Below are positions 1-9,766 of a DNA stretch of 64,000 nt, one piece after another. The stretch lies in NCBI GenBank assembly GCA_039934415.1, contig JBDTME010000001.1, positions 265,417 through 329,416 on the forward strand, in the 5' to 3' direction. The translations under genes were made by a program, and so were the position numbers. Within the stretch, counting starts at the first letter, position 1. Each line of letters begins with the position of its first letter. This stretch comes from Patescibacteria group bacterium. Its GTDB lineage: Bacteria; Patescibacteriota; Microgenomatia; UBA1400; PJMF01. A model generated the notes under the pieces. That model saw only the letters and a program-made list of their open reading frames with translations, ran no database searches and was not told the DNA's origin.

Positions 1-1
1 T

Positions 2-1009
2 TTAGAAGCTCATCAAATAGTAAATTCCAGAATGAGTTTGAGGTAAATTTGATGAGAGTGTTGCAAGTGGATTTATCTTTTGCAAAGATGAACTTAACAG
101 GCTTTCAAAAAAACCTCGTTCTGTGTACTCTACGACTGTTGGGTCTTTGATATCTGCTAACGTCTTTGCACGATTAATAGCAGTATCTACAGTTCCCAAT
201 TCATTAACTAAACCATTTTCTTTTGCTTGTTTTCCGGTATAAATACGACCGTCTGCAATTTGGCGAACTTTTGCTTCATCCATGTTTCGCCCATCAGCAA
301 TAGCATGCACAAATTGATCATATGCTTCATTAATCATTGATTGAAATATTTGTTTTTCTGAATCAGTCATAGGTCTTTGCGGCGAACCAATGTCTTTAAA
401 TTCACCAGATTTTATCGTGCGCATCTGCACACCTAATTTATTTAACAAATCATTGTATTGAGGAAATTGGGCGATGACACCTATGGAACCTGTTATCGTA
501 GCCGGGTTTGCAATGATCTCTGTAGCACCCGCCGAAATATAGTATCCGCCTGAAGCTGCCATATCACCGAAACTTACTATCACAGGTTTTTTGGCTTTCA
601 GTTCTTTGACTTTTCGATAGATCTCGTCAGATGCGACGACACCACCGCCTGGACTATTTACTTTAAGCACAACAGCCTTTATCTCGTCGTCATTCATGAC
701 GTGATCAAGCAAAGGGATTACTTTTTTAGCAGAAATGACTCCAGATGAGAAAGCTAACGGGTCATTATTCGTATCTTCTGCCACGATATCGCCTGATAAA
801 GGAATGATCGCTACTTTTTCACTTCCCCCTGATGTAACGGTTCGGGTAGGGTAAGTAGGCAACTCCTTAGATGTTGAAGTTCCAATCACCACCAAAGCAA
901 TAAGTGCTATTGCAAACAGTGAACCAATCACACTGGTGACAACAATCCAGATTTTGGCAAGAAGTTTTAAAAATTTAGTGATGTAACTCATGAGTGAATA
1001 ATACCACAT
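2..1009 (-). CDS. sppA: Signal peptide peptidase SppA (S49, short form)
   Basis: N-terminal TM helix; motifs VNSPGG, AASGGYY, TITGSIGV, ADGRIYTG. True start may be 991. Confidence 0.93.
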   Translation of the reverse strand: MWYYSLMSYITKFLKLLAKIWIVVTSVIGSLFAIALIALVVIGTSTSKELPTYPTRTVTSGGSEKVAIIPLSGDIVAEDTNNDPLAFSSGVISAKKVIPLLDHVMNDDEIKAVVLKVNSPGGGVVASDEIYRKVKELKAKKPVIVSFGDMAASGGYYISAGATEIIANPATITGSIGVIAQFPQYNDLLNKLGVQMRTIKSGEFKDIGSPQRPMTDSEKQIFQSMINEAYDQFVHAIADGRNMDEAKVRQIADGRIYTGKQAKENGLVNELGTVDTAINRAKTLADIKDPTVVEYTERGFFESLLSSSLQKINPLATLSSNLPQTHSGIYYLMSF

Positions 1010-1073
1010 ATATTAAAAGAACTACTTTTTTTTACTTCCTTATACGCTTAAAAACCTTTATAGTAATACTCAT

Positions 1074-2828
1074 ATGATACTTCTCATCGCGTTTGCTTTC
1101 ATCGCCGGGGTCGTCACTATTCTTTCTCCATGCATCCTGCCGATACTGCCGATTGTTTTATCTGGTTCTTTAACTGGTGGAAAAAGAAAACCGCTTGGCA
1201 TTGTGACAGGGTTTGTAGGAAGTTTCACTTTTTTTACTCTTTTTTTATCTGCACTCGTTAAAGCATTTCATATTTCTCCAGATGTGTTGAGAGTTTTTTC
1301 GATCGTTGTGATTTTTCTGTTTGGTTTGAGTATCATCATTCCAAAAGTACAAGAGTACCTGGAAATACTTTTTTCCAAGGTCAGCAATGCGCTCAGTCCA
1401 AAACAACAAAAGGACGGTTTTTTGGCGGGAGTTGTTGTCGGATTAAGTTTAGGTTTACTCTGGACACCATGCGTTGGTCCGATCCTGGCATCGGTGATTA
1501 CATTGGCTTTGACTGGTTCGGTAACCACAACCGCTTTTTTCATTACACTATCTTACTCACTAGGAACTGCTCTGCCGATGTTACTCATCACATATACTGG
1601 CAGAGGTTTGTTCCAAAAAGTTCCTTGGCTGCTTTCAAACACGAAACGCATCCAGCAAGGATTTGGCGTCATCATGATGCTGACTGCTTTTGCACTTATG
1701 TTTAATCTTGACCGTAAGTTTCAAGTTTGGGTACTTCAAACATTCCCTAACTACGGAACAGGACTGACAACCTTTGAACAAAATGATGCAGTGCGTTCAC
1801 AGCTTCAAAAATTGCAACCTGAATCGTCAAATAGTGAAATTCAGAATGCCAATGGGAAACCAAGTTTTGAAATGCTATCTGATTTAGGCAAAGCTCCAGA
1901 GTTTATACCTGGTGGTCAGTGGTTCAATTTAGCCGATGGCAAAACAAGTTTAAGCATGAAGGAACTACGAGGGAAAGTTGTGCTTGTCGATTTCTGGACA
2001 TACAGTTGTATTAACTGCATACGGACTCTGCCTTATTTGAAGGATTGGAATCAAAAATATGCTGACAAAGGTTTGGTCATCGTTGGTGTCCACTCACCTG
2101 AGTTTGAGTTTGAGAAGAATGCGAAAAACGTTGGACAAGCAATCAAGGATTTTGGAATTCTGTATCCTGTTGTGCAGGATAATAACTTTGAAACCTGGCA
2201 AGCCTTCGGTGGCAATACTTGGCCAAGACATTACTTGATTGATAAAGATGGTGTCATTCGAGAGTTTCATTCAGGAGAAGGGAAGTATGCAGAGACAGAA
2301 GCTGCAATTCAAGAGCTAATTAAAGCAATGGGCACAGATGTGAGTGATGTGCCAATCAATAAACAAACATATGATATTAATACACAATCACCTGAAACAT
2401 ATATCGGCCTTGCTCGTATGGAAGGTCTTGCTTCACCAGAAGAAGTAAAGCAAGATGAAGCAGTAAACTTCACAGCACCGGATCGTCTACGTTTAAATGA
2501 ATTTAGTTTAAAAGGAAGTTGGACAGTAGCTGAAGAACTTGCTTCACCAGCAACAGGGTCAGAACTTCAGTATCACTTCAAAGCGCAGAACGTATTCTTA
2601 GTCATGAAGCCTCACACTGCGGGTACGTCGGGTAAGGTAGAAGTGTACTTAGATAACCAGTTGTTAAAAACTACATTAATTCCCACCGATGTTGATAAAA
2701 ATGGCACGATTACAATTGATCAGGATCGCCTGTATACACTGATAAAATTGGATGGTGCTGAAGAACACACAGTTAAGCTAAAGTTCTTAGACAACAATGT
2801 TGAAGTATTTGCTTTTACTTTTGGGTAA
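1074..2828 (+). CDS. dipZ: DipZ-like protein: CcdA membrane domain + thioredoxin-like (TlpA) domain + C-terminal beta domain
   Basis: SPCILP and WTPCVGP in the CcdA domain; DFWTYSCINC and GVHSPEF in the redoxin domain. Confidence 0.9.
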   Translation: MILLIAFAFIAGVVTILSPCILPILPIVLSGSLTGGKRKPLGIVTGFVGSFTFFTLFLSALVKAFHISPDVLRVFSIVVIFLFGLSIIIPKVQEYLEILFSKVSNALSPKQQKDGFLAGVVVGLSLGLLWTPCVGPILASVITLALTGSVTTTAFFITLSYSLGTALPMLLITYTGRGLFQKVPWLLSNTKRIQQGFGVIMMLTAFALMFNLDRKFQVWVLQTFPNYGTGLTTFEQNDAVRSQLQKLQPESSNSEIQNANGKPSFEMLSDLGKAPEFIPGGQWFNLADGKTSLSMKELRGKVVLVDFWTYSCINCIRTLPYLKDWNQKYADKGLVIVGVHSPEFEFEKNAKNVGQAIKDFGILYPVVQDNNFETWQAFGGNTWPRHYLIDKDGVIREFHSGEGKYAETEAAIQELIKAMGTDVSDVPINKQTYDINTQSPETYIGLARMEGLASPEEVKQDEAVNFTAPDRLRLNEFSLKGSWTVAEELASPATGSELQYHFKAQNVFLVMKPHTAGTSGKVEVYLDNQLLKTTLIPTDVDKNGTITIDQDRLYTLIKLDGAEEHTVKLKFLDNNVEVFAFTFG

Positions 2829-2830
2829 GA

Positions 2831-3280
2831 TTATTCAGCCCGCTCGAGCTCTGGTTTGTTTCTCAAATAACTGCTTAACCGTTCAATGATCCTATCACTC
2901 CACAACTTTCTGGACCGATTCTGTTCTTCTTCACGGCCAGGGATGTTAGTGATTTTCAAGTCAATATATTGATCTCCCAAAATTAGTGTGGTGGTAGCAA
3001 AGTGTCCTTCAGGCCAAATTTCTCGCAAATCTCTGTCATCAAAACGCCACAAAAAGATGAGATGTGTTGATGAAGTTCCAGGTGTATCTATTTCACCAAG
3101 CTGTCCCACGATCTGTTGTCCGTCGACAATCCAACGAAACTCATAGCCCTTGTGTGGATGCATTCCTAACTTACTATCAATGCTAAGCGCACTTTCTAAA
3201 TTATGCTCATTGAGCAACGCGTGCCAAATCTGCTCTTCTGTGCCTACATCATGAAAAATGTGATGAAAATCTTGCGCCAT
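2831..3280 (-). CDS. Hypothetical protein, possibly SRPBCC/AHSA1-like
   Basis: Start moved to MAQDF at 3280 because the longer track ORF overlaps the next gene; 'EEQIWHAL' and 'LIFLWRF...WPEGH' resemble SRPBCC. Confidence 0.5.
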   Translation of the reverse strand: MAQDFHHIFHDVGTEEQIWHALLNEHNLESALSIDSKLGMHPHKGYEFRWIVDGQQIVGQLGEIDTPGTSSTHLIFLWRFDDRDLREIWPEGHFATTTLILGDQYIDLKITNIPGREEEQNRSRKLWSDRIIERLSSYLRNKPELERAE

Positions 3281-3315
3281 AAAACCTCTCAGAATTAAAA
3301 GGATTATACATCCCT

Positions 3316-4206
3316 TTAATTCATTTTTTTTCTTACCACCAAGATGATCGCTCCAATGATCAACAGTATCGGACTGTAGACGCCCACCCAGATTCCAGCT
3401 GAACCTACTTGTCGTAAGTTTGCCACCAAAGACCTCACTGCAGTTTTGAAGATTACACTTGGTCTCCATGGTTCATTTGGACTATATGGAAGAGCTAACT
3501 CATCTGTTGAAAGATAAATCGTGATTAAACTACTTTGTGATGTTTTTTCTAAGTATTGAAGTTGACCTTTCAAAGAGTCGATTTGATCTTGAACTTGTAA
3601 GATCGACTGTTGGACTCTCAAAATATCATCAACAGTATTCGCTTTATCTAGCATTGCTTCGAAGGTTGCTTTGGTTTTGGTCAAAGTATTGAGGCGAGCT
3701 TGTGTATCAGTAAATTGGTCAGTGACATCAAAACCTGTCACATTCTCAGATACGACTCGTACTGACAATCCGCGTAAGAATTGTAGAGCGTTTTCTAATT
3801 TATCAGCAGGTACTCTGATGGAGACATTGCCGCTTCCACCTTCTTCTGGAGTTAGCACTGAAGAGTTCACCATGAAACCACCAGCGTTTGTTGCAAATTG
3901 AGTGATCTGATCAATTGAACTACGAACATCTTTCACAAGCAAAGACAGATCAGAGTTTTTCACGACTTTTCTATCGCTCGCTGTCATGTCTACGCTTTGC
4001 GCTGACTGAACAATGGGTGGTGCGTACTTCATAGTTGAAGGAGCTGCAAATGAGTCAGACATGGCAACTCCGGCAGACTCCATCCTGTTGGAGGACACAT
4101 TTACAGGTAAGACTTTACTAGTATCTTTCAGTAGGAAAAACAGAACAATAACTACTAAAGCCACCACTAATTTGTGGTGTTTTAACCAGGAAATGACGTT
4201 TTGCAT
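3316..4206 (-). CDS. DUF4349 family membrane protein
   Basis: N- and C-terminal TM helices; RKVVKNSDLSL, IRVPA, DVTDQFTD and a coiled coil. Confidence 0.8.
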   Translation of the reverse strand: MQNVISWLKHHKLVVALVVIVLFFLLKDTSKVLPVNVSSNRMESAGVAMSDSFAAPSTMKYAPPIVQSAQSVDMTASDRKVVKNSDLSLLVKDVRSSIDQITQFATNAGGFMVNSSVLTPEEGGSGNVSIRVPADKLENALQFLRGLSVRVVSENVTGFDVTDQFTDTQARLNTLTKTKATFEAMLDKANTVDDILRVQQSILQVQDQIDSLKGQLQYLEKTSQSSLITIYLSTDELALPYSPNEPWRPSVIFKTAVRSLVANLRQVGSAGIWVGVYSPILLIIGAIILVVRKKMN

Positions 4207-4363
4207 ATGAACCTCATTATTTTACTTTGTAATTTAAAATCAACTCAAGACTATGCTCGTTCCATTGCTTTCATCACGTAAACTTCCCTTTACATTGATT
4301 CTATTCTCAAGACTGAAATACTTCAAGAGACCGATAAATCAATGCTATAATTAGGAATAAGAA

Positions 4364-4437
4364 GCCACGGTACCAGAGCGGTTAATGGCCAGGTCTGCAA
4401 AACCTCGGATTCAGGGGTTCAAATCCCCTCCGTGGCT
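4364..4437 (+). tRNA. tRNA-Cys (GCA)
   Basis: Acceptor GCCACGG/CCGTGGC, anticodon GCA at 4397-4399, T loop GGTTCAAATCC, U discriminator, no encoded CCA; TGnTATAAT just upstream. Confidence 0.95.
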
Positions 4438-4468
4438 CAAAAAAATTAAATCAACCGGAGCAATAAAT

Positions 4469-5227
4469 ATGCCAGAAAAAGGAAGATCCAATAACGGTAA
4501 AGATACTAAGGAATACGCTAGACTCTCGAAACAGCGTGAACTTTACACACAATCGTATGGGACTGAGATTGATCTATTTACCACTGTTATCATTGACCGT
4601 GTAGAAGAAGGTTTTGAAGATTACGTACTTTCAAGAGAAGATAAAGACGCAATCAAGTCTTTAATTGTTGCATGGGTGCAAGAGAATAGAAAAGGTTCAA
4701 GCTTGAAAAAATATAGTCAAGACGACTACAAGTCCACAGAACTGAGAGATGAGTTACGAGGTGAATTGCAGCCTTTTTTTCCTGGAAAAGATGCTTCTTT
4801 TTTTTCTAAGGTGATAAGTGAAATCATGACAAAATATGAAAAATTGGCTACCTTGGAAGAACAAATTGAGACCTCTCCAGTAGTTCAAAAGAAACCAAAT
4901 AAATTCGTTCAGGAAATTAATATAGATGAAAAAATTGATGCAGAAGAAATCTATAAGCTTTTTCTGGCGTTCAAGGCAAGACTGCTTGATCCAAACCGTG
5001 GTGCAGGCGATGCTGCAAGTTCACAAGAGAAAAAAAGACTAGAAAGTCTATTAGCCTCGCAAAGAACAGGTCTTGACGCTCTGTCAACTTTATTTGAAGA
5101 TAATAACGCTACATGGTCGAGCGCGGCAGCTGGTAGCAAAGCCACAATAGGCATCATGCAAAGACTACTAGCAAGTTTTAGACAAGAACTCAAAAGAGTG
5201 AAGAAATCGTCTGATGACAATCTTTAG
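4469..5227 (+). CDS. Hypothetical soluble protein
   Basis: Long ORF; start moved to ATG 4469 (GGAG upstream) because the track start lies inside tRNA-Cys. Confidence 0.65.
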   Translation: MPEKGRSNNGKDTKEYARLSKQRELYTQSYGTEIDLFTTVIIDRVEEGFEDYVLSREDKDAIKSLIVAWVQENRKGSSLKKYSQDDYKSTELRDELRGELQPFFPGKDASFFSKVISEIMTKYEKLATLEEQIETSPVVQKKPNKFVQEINIDEKIDAEEIYKLFLAFKARLLDPNRGAGDAASSQEKKRLESLLASQRTGLDALSTLFEDNNATWSSAAAGSKATIGIMQRLLASFRQELKRVKKSSDDNL

Positions 5228-5462
5228 CTAATAAAATTTCGGACATTTGAGAAAAAATATTGGAATTTATCCTTCATTTTCATCGGGAGCTTCCTGCTAC
5301 CAAGCAAAATCGTTAATACTCGTCTCTATAGTTTCACGCAATACAGCCTGATTTGCATCACCAGGTGAAACAAATGATTTCGACAACCATTTTTGTGTTT
5401 CTAGACTATCTGTGTTTCCTCTCAACCGAGACTTCTCGCCCGTCTGGTGATAAAATAGCTTT

Positions 5463-6644
5463 GTGAAAACTACCAGCCCGACCTACTATATCCATACCTT
5501 TGGTTGCCAATCCAACAAAAGCGATTCTGAACGTATTGCTGGAGATTATGAGGCTCGAGGGTATAAAGAGTCTCTTACTTGGCAAAAAGCCGATGAAATC
5601 GTCGTTAATACCTGTGCAATTCGAAAAAGAGCCGAAGACCGAGCCGTTGGGTTTTTACTCAACGTAGTCAAACATTTCGAGGATAGAAAACAAAAGAAAC
5701 CAAAACTTATTCTGACTGGCTGCATGACTCATCACGGCCACTCCACATTGTATGAGTTGATGCCGATGATCGATGAGATTCTCCCCATCAATGAAGTAGG
5801 ATTTAATCAGGCAGCAATTCGTAAAGATTCACCTCAAACAAATGGAACAAAACATGCTTGGGTACCGATCTCCGCAGGGTGCAACTCATTCTGTACTTTC
5901 TGTATTGTCCCTTACTCTCGCGGTCGTGAACAATCTCGCTCGTTTGAATCAATTATGGAGGAAGTTGAGCACCTAGTCGATCAAGGCTATGAAGAAATCA
6001 CTTTACTCGGACAAAACGTTAACTCTTGGGGTTTGGAAAAAATTGGAGTTGGTCTGCGAAAAATGATGTTGTCGAGTGAAACCTTCTCTCTTAAAGATAT
6101 TCCTTCAAACGTCTCACAATATGAGAAACCAAATGGAGTTCCGCCGTTCGTCCGTTTGTTACAAGCCGTATCAGCACTCCCACAAATCAAAATCGTTCGA
6201 TTTATCTCAGCTAATCCATGGGATTTCCATGATGAGCTTATTGAAGAAATCGGTCGCAATAAAAAGCTTGATCGCTACATTCATTTGCCAATCCAATCTG
6301 GCAGCAACTCGATGTTAAAGAAAATGAATCGTGGATATACTCGTGAAAACTATCTAGAGCTTGTTCGTAAATTAAAATCAGTCGATTCGGAAATAGTGTT
6401 AGGTACCGACATTATAGTAGGATTTCCTGGTGAAACCTCAGAAGAGTTTGAACAAACAGTTGATCTTGCAAAACAAGTAAACTGGAAAGCTGGCTTTGTA
6501 GCTCAGTACTCTCCTCGTCCAGGCACTGCAGCCTGGAAACTCTATCAGGATGACATCTCTCCACAAATTAAAAAACAACGCTGGGAAATTCTTGATCAAA
6601 TCATAAATAAAGATAATTTATCGATCAGACCAAAGATTGTATGA
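5463..6644 (+). CDS. miaB: tRNA methylthiotransferase MiaB-like radical SAM enzyme (no TRAM domain)
   Basis: HTFGCQSN, VNTCAIR, CNSFCTFC, HLPIQSGS, DIIVGFPGE; overlaps miaA. Confidence 0.88.
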   Translation: MKTTSPTYYIHTFGCQSNKSDSERIAGDYEARGYKESLTWQKADEIVVNTCAIRKRAEDRAVGFLLNVVKHFEDRKQKKPKLILTGCMTHHGHSTLYELMPMIDEILPINEVGFNQAAIRKDSPQTNGTKHAWVPISAGCNSFCTFCIVPYSRGREQSRSFESIMEEVEHLVDQGYEEITLLGQNVNSWGLEKIGVGLRKMMLSSETFSLKDIPSNVSQYEKPNGVPPFVRLLQAVSALPQIKIVRFISANPWDFHDELIEEIGRNKKLDRYIHLPIQSGSNSMLKKMNRGYTRENYLELVRKLKSVDSEIVLGTDIIVGFPGETSEEFEQTVDLAKQVNWKAGFVAQYSPRPGTAAWKLYQDDISPQIKKQRWEILDQIINKDNLSIRPKIV

Positions 6645-7585
6645 TCTTCATCGTTGGCCCAACAGCGACTGGCAAAACAAAACTCGCCCTCAATCTTGCG
6701 CAAACGCTCAATGCAGACATTTTATCCGCTGACTCAAGACAGCTCTATCAAGGCTTGGAAGTTACCACAGGCGTAGATCTCCCAACTAATTTCAGTGAAT
6801 CCCAAGAGACGCTTGGAGAATATCAATTTTTCACAAACGGACAAATCAATCTGTATGGAGTTAGTTTCTTAAAACAAAATGAAGAATGGTCCATTGCCCA
6901 CTTTCGCGATTACGCTGAACTTGTCTGGCAAAAAACAGTTACTGACAAAAAGCAGTTAATTATTGTGGGAGGCTCAGGGCTGTATCACCACTCTCTTTTT
7001 CTCGACAAATCAACGCTCCAAGTAGAACCTTCAAAAAAATTACGAGAGGAACTTCAAAACTCAACAATTGAAGAGCTCCAAACAAGATTAATTGGCCAAT
7101 ATCCTCAAGTGAGAACGTTGCTCAATGATTCAGATTGGCAAAATCCTCGCCGATTAATGAGATGGATTGAGAAAACGAGTGCAAAAGAGAGTCCGACTCA
7201 ATCTGGAACACCATCAATATTTGGAAGTGAAACTGATCACACCTGGATTGGTCTGAGTTGTAATAAAGAAATACTAGAAAAAAGGATTTGGGACCGTGTA
7301 GAACGTAGAATCGAAACCGGAGCAATTCGAGAAGTGGAGCTACTGCTTGCAAATAACGAGGGAGAAAAATTGCCAAGTCTATCTACTCTAGGCGTAAAAG
7401 ACATTGCCATGTACATTAACAATCAAATTTCGAAAGAAGAGTTACTCACTTTATGGAGTCGACACGAGTTTCAGTACGCCAAACGGCAAATTACTTGGTT
7501 TAAAAAACGTGAGTATATAAATTGGATTGATATGGAAGAGATGTTCACTTCTCAAATGATTAATGATATCCTCAATGAAGTTTAA
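6641..7585 (+). CDS. miaA: tRNA dimethylallyltransferase
   Basis: GPTATGKT, SADSRQLY, VGGSGLY, YAKRQITWF. Confidence 0.93.
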   Translation: MIFIVGPTATGKTKLALNLAQTLNADILSADSRQLYQGLEVTTGVDLPTNFSESQETLGEYQFFTNGQINLYGVSFLKQNEEWSIAHFRDYAELVWQKTVTDKKQLIIVGGSGLYHHSLFLDKSTLQVEPSKKLREELQNSTIEELQTRLIGQYPQVRTLLNDSDWQNPRRLMRWIEKTSAKESPTQSGTPSIFGSETDHTWIGLSCNKEILEKRIWDRVERRIETGAIREVELLLANNEGEKLPSLSTLGVKDIAMYINNQISKEELLTLWSRHEFQYAKRQITWFKKREYINWIDMEEMFTSQMINDILNEV

Positions 7586-7600
7586 TTTTTTTTACATCAC

Positions 7601-8593
7601 ATGCAAGACAAAACAATTCACATCTCCGTTCGAACTATTTTCATCTTTCTGGGAAGCCTAGCCGTTTTCTATCTATTATTCCGGATTAAAGATATTGCCA
7701 TTTCATTATTCTTATCTCTGATTATCATGTCCGCTATGAATCCGGGTGTGAATAAACTGGAACAAAAAAAAATCCCTAGACCTATTGGAATTGCATTCCT
7801 GTATCTGTGTGTCTTTGGTGTACTTTTCTTGATGTTTACGCTCATCGTGCCGCCTTTGGCAAAAGAACTGAGCATGATGGTCAAGTACCTTCAACCAGCG
7901 AACCTACCAAAAGAACTCGTTGAATTCAAATTCACCATCCAAGACCTCGGCTCAATTTTAGGTCAAGTTGGGACTTCTCTTAACTCTGTTATTTCCGTTA
8001 TTACTACCACTTTTTCAAGTATTTTCTTCTTATTCACATTGCTCGTAATGAGTTTCTACTTGCTCATGGCTCGAAAAACTTTGCATAGACAATTTTTCTG
8101 GCTCCCTCACTCCAAAAAGTTTGAAGAGCTTTCAGAAGAATTCGTCGACACAGTAGAAGTTCAATTAGGTGGTTGGGTACGAGGAGAGTTGGTGCTGATG
8201 TTTAGTATTGGAATAGCAACTTTCGTAGTTTTGACTTTGCTTGCTATTCCATATGCCTTACCACTGGCAGTTTTGGCAGGTTTCTTGGAATTGCTCCCCA
8301 ACATTGGACCCACGATTTCTGCTATTCCAGCAATTTTAATTGCTTTCATTCTCGTTTCACCTACCATGGCTGTCATCGTATTGGCCATGTACGTAATAAT
8401 TCAACAAATTGAGAATAATGTCCTGGTTCCTAAGATTATGAAAGCAGCCGTGAATATCGAACCACTGACAAGTATCATTATGATTTTGATTGGGGTTAAG
8501 TTAGCAGGGGCAGCAGGTGCATTACTAGCTATTCCACTGTATATAACTGTTCGCAGCGTTGTACAAATTTATCTTCGTGAAACACATCGTTAA
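7601..8593 (+). CDS. AI-2E family transporter
   Basis: Polytopic; LELLPNIGP, QQIENNVLVPKIM, GALLAIP. Confidence 0.88.
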   Translation: MQDKTIHISVRTIFIFLGSLAVFYLLFRIKDIAISLFLSLIIMSAMNPGVNKLEQKKIPRPIGIAFLYLCVFGVLFLMFTLIVPPLAKELSMMVKYLQPANLPKELVEFKFTIQDLGSILGQVGTSLNSVISVITTTFSSIFFLFTLLVMSFYLLMARKTLHRQFFWLPHSKKFEELSEEFVDTVEVQLGGWVRGELVLMFSIGIATFVVLTLLAIPYALPLAVLAGFLELLPNIGPTISAIPAILIAFILVSPTMAVIVLAMYVIIQQIENNVLVPKIMKAAVNIEPLTSIIMILIGVKLAGAAGALLAIPLYITVRSVVQIYLRETHR

Positions 8594-8595
8594 TC

Positions 8596-8626
8596 AAAAA
8601 CACTCCGCATAGCGAAGTGTTTTTTT
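8596..8626. terminator. Bidirectional intrinsic terminator
   Basis: AAAAACACT...AGTGTTTTTT hairpin between the convergent AI-2E gene and rnpB. Confidence 0.7.
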
Positions 8627-8628
8627 CT

Positions 8629-8940
8629 CTGATCATAAGCCGGATTTTGTTTATGTGATCATTTCTCTAATGCCTGCAGCTTTATCACCATGATAGGGAA
8701 CACACCATTGAGGTGAAGGTCGTCAGTTGCAGCGGGGAGGATTGCCAATCTCACCAAAGGTGAAACTACCCAGAAGCTTGGTCGTTGCACTCGGCGCCAC
8801 CCGATTCGTCACTGTTGCTCTAACTCTCAACCTGATCGCTTGCGCTTTCAAGCAGGTTCCGTTTTCACGAAACACCCTGTGTTCAGCTGTCCGGACTTTC
8901 CTCCCTGGCTTGCGCCAAGGTAATCACTTGACCAGATCAG
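8629..8940 (-). ncRNA. rnpB: RNase P RNA
   Basis: Minus strand carries GAGGAAAGTCCGGAC and ACAAAATCCGGCTTAT; ends pair (CTGATC/GATCAG); TATAAT immediately upstream. Confidence 0.93.
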
Positions 8941-9021
8941 TTATTATACCAAATCTAAGGCTAACTTGTCAGTCAAGGATTGGATAGGGTACAATGGCTG
9001 TAATACTAAAAAGGACTTCAC

Positions 9022-9720
9022 ATGGATAACTCTGTTTTCTCCAACTATCTTTCGAGTCTCTATGTAACTAGCTTAGCTCAAACCTATGCTTTTTTACCAA
9101 AAATGATTGGCGCATTATTAGTTTTGCTCATCGGTAGCCTTATTGCCAAATGGATCAAAAAACTGTTGGAAAAATCGTTGGAATTCCTTCATATCTCAAA
9201 GCTAATTAAAAATACGCCACTTGAAGCTTTCTTCCAGAATGCTGAAATTGGCCCAAAGATTGAACACGTCATCGGTACAGTGGGTTACTGGCTTTTTATG
9301 CTGTTGGTGATTCAAACGGCAGTCTCTATTTTAGGACTTCAGTCATTAGCCGTTATCCTTGATCAAGTACTTTCATATATTCCACGTATCTTCTCAGCAA
9401 TTGTCATCTTATTCTTTGGTGTACTGATTGCTGGGGTACTAGAGAGCCTGGTAAAAGGTTCAATTCGTAGTATTGATGGTCATCATGCTCGTTTACTTGG
9501 AAAAATTGCGAGTTATCTGACTTTGACTATTTTCTTGCTTGTCTCTGTTTCGGAGCTTGGGATTGCTCAACAATTCATTATCATTCTCTTTATTGGACTC
9601 GTAACCACAGTTACAATTTCACTTGGTCTCGCCATTGGTTTGGGCAGCAAAGAGGTTGTGCAAAAAATCGCAGACGATTGGTATAAAAACCTCAAAAAAG
9701 AGCTCAAACCAAAAGACTGA
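9022..9720 (+). CDS. Conserved TM-helix repeat protein (CmpX/MscS-associated type)
   Basis: Two repeats of 'LPKMIGALLVLLIG' / 'IPRIFSAIVILFFG'; 'LAIGLGSKE'. Confidence 0.75.
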   Translation: MDNSVFSNYLSSLYVTSLAQTYAFLPKMIGALLVLLIGSLIAKWIKKLLEKSLEFLHISKLIKNTPLEAFFQNAEIGPKIEHVIGTVGYWLFMLLVIQTAVSILGLQSLAVILDQVLSYIPRIFSAIVILFFGVLIAGVLESLVKGSIRSIDGHHARLLGKIASYLTLTIFLLVSVSELGIAQQFIIILFIGLVTTVTISLGLAIGLGSKEVVQKIADDWYKNLKKELKPKD

Positions 9721-9766
9721 GCCTCGTGTCACCTTCTTGTAAGGTTTGTCAGCTTTAATAGTTTGC

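Noticed and set aside
4385-4468. N-terminal extension of the 280-aa ORF
   Set aside because: Overlaps tRNA-Cys; ATG 4469 has an RBS.
8727-8987. 86-aa plus-strand ORF
   Set aside because: Antisense shadow of rnpB.
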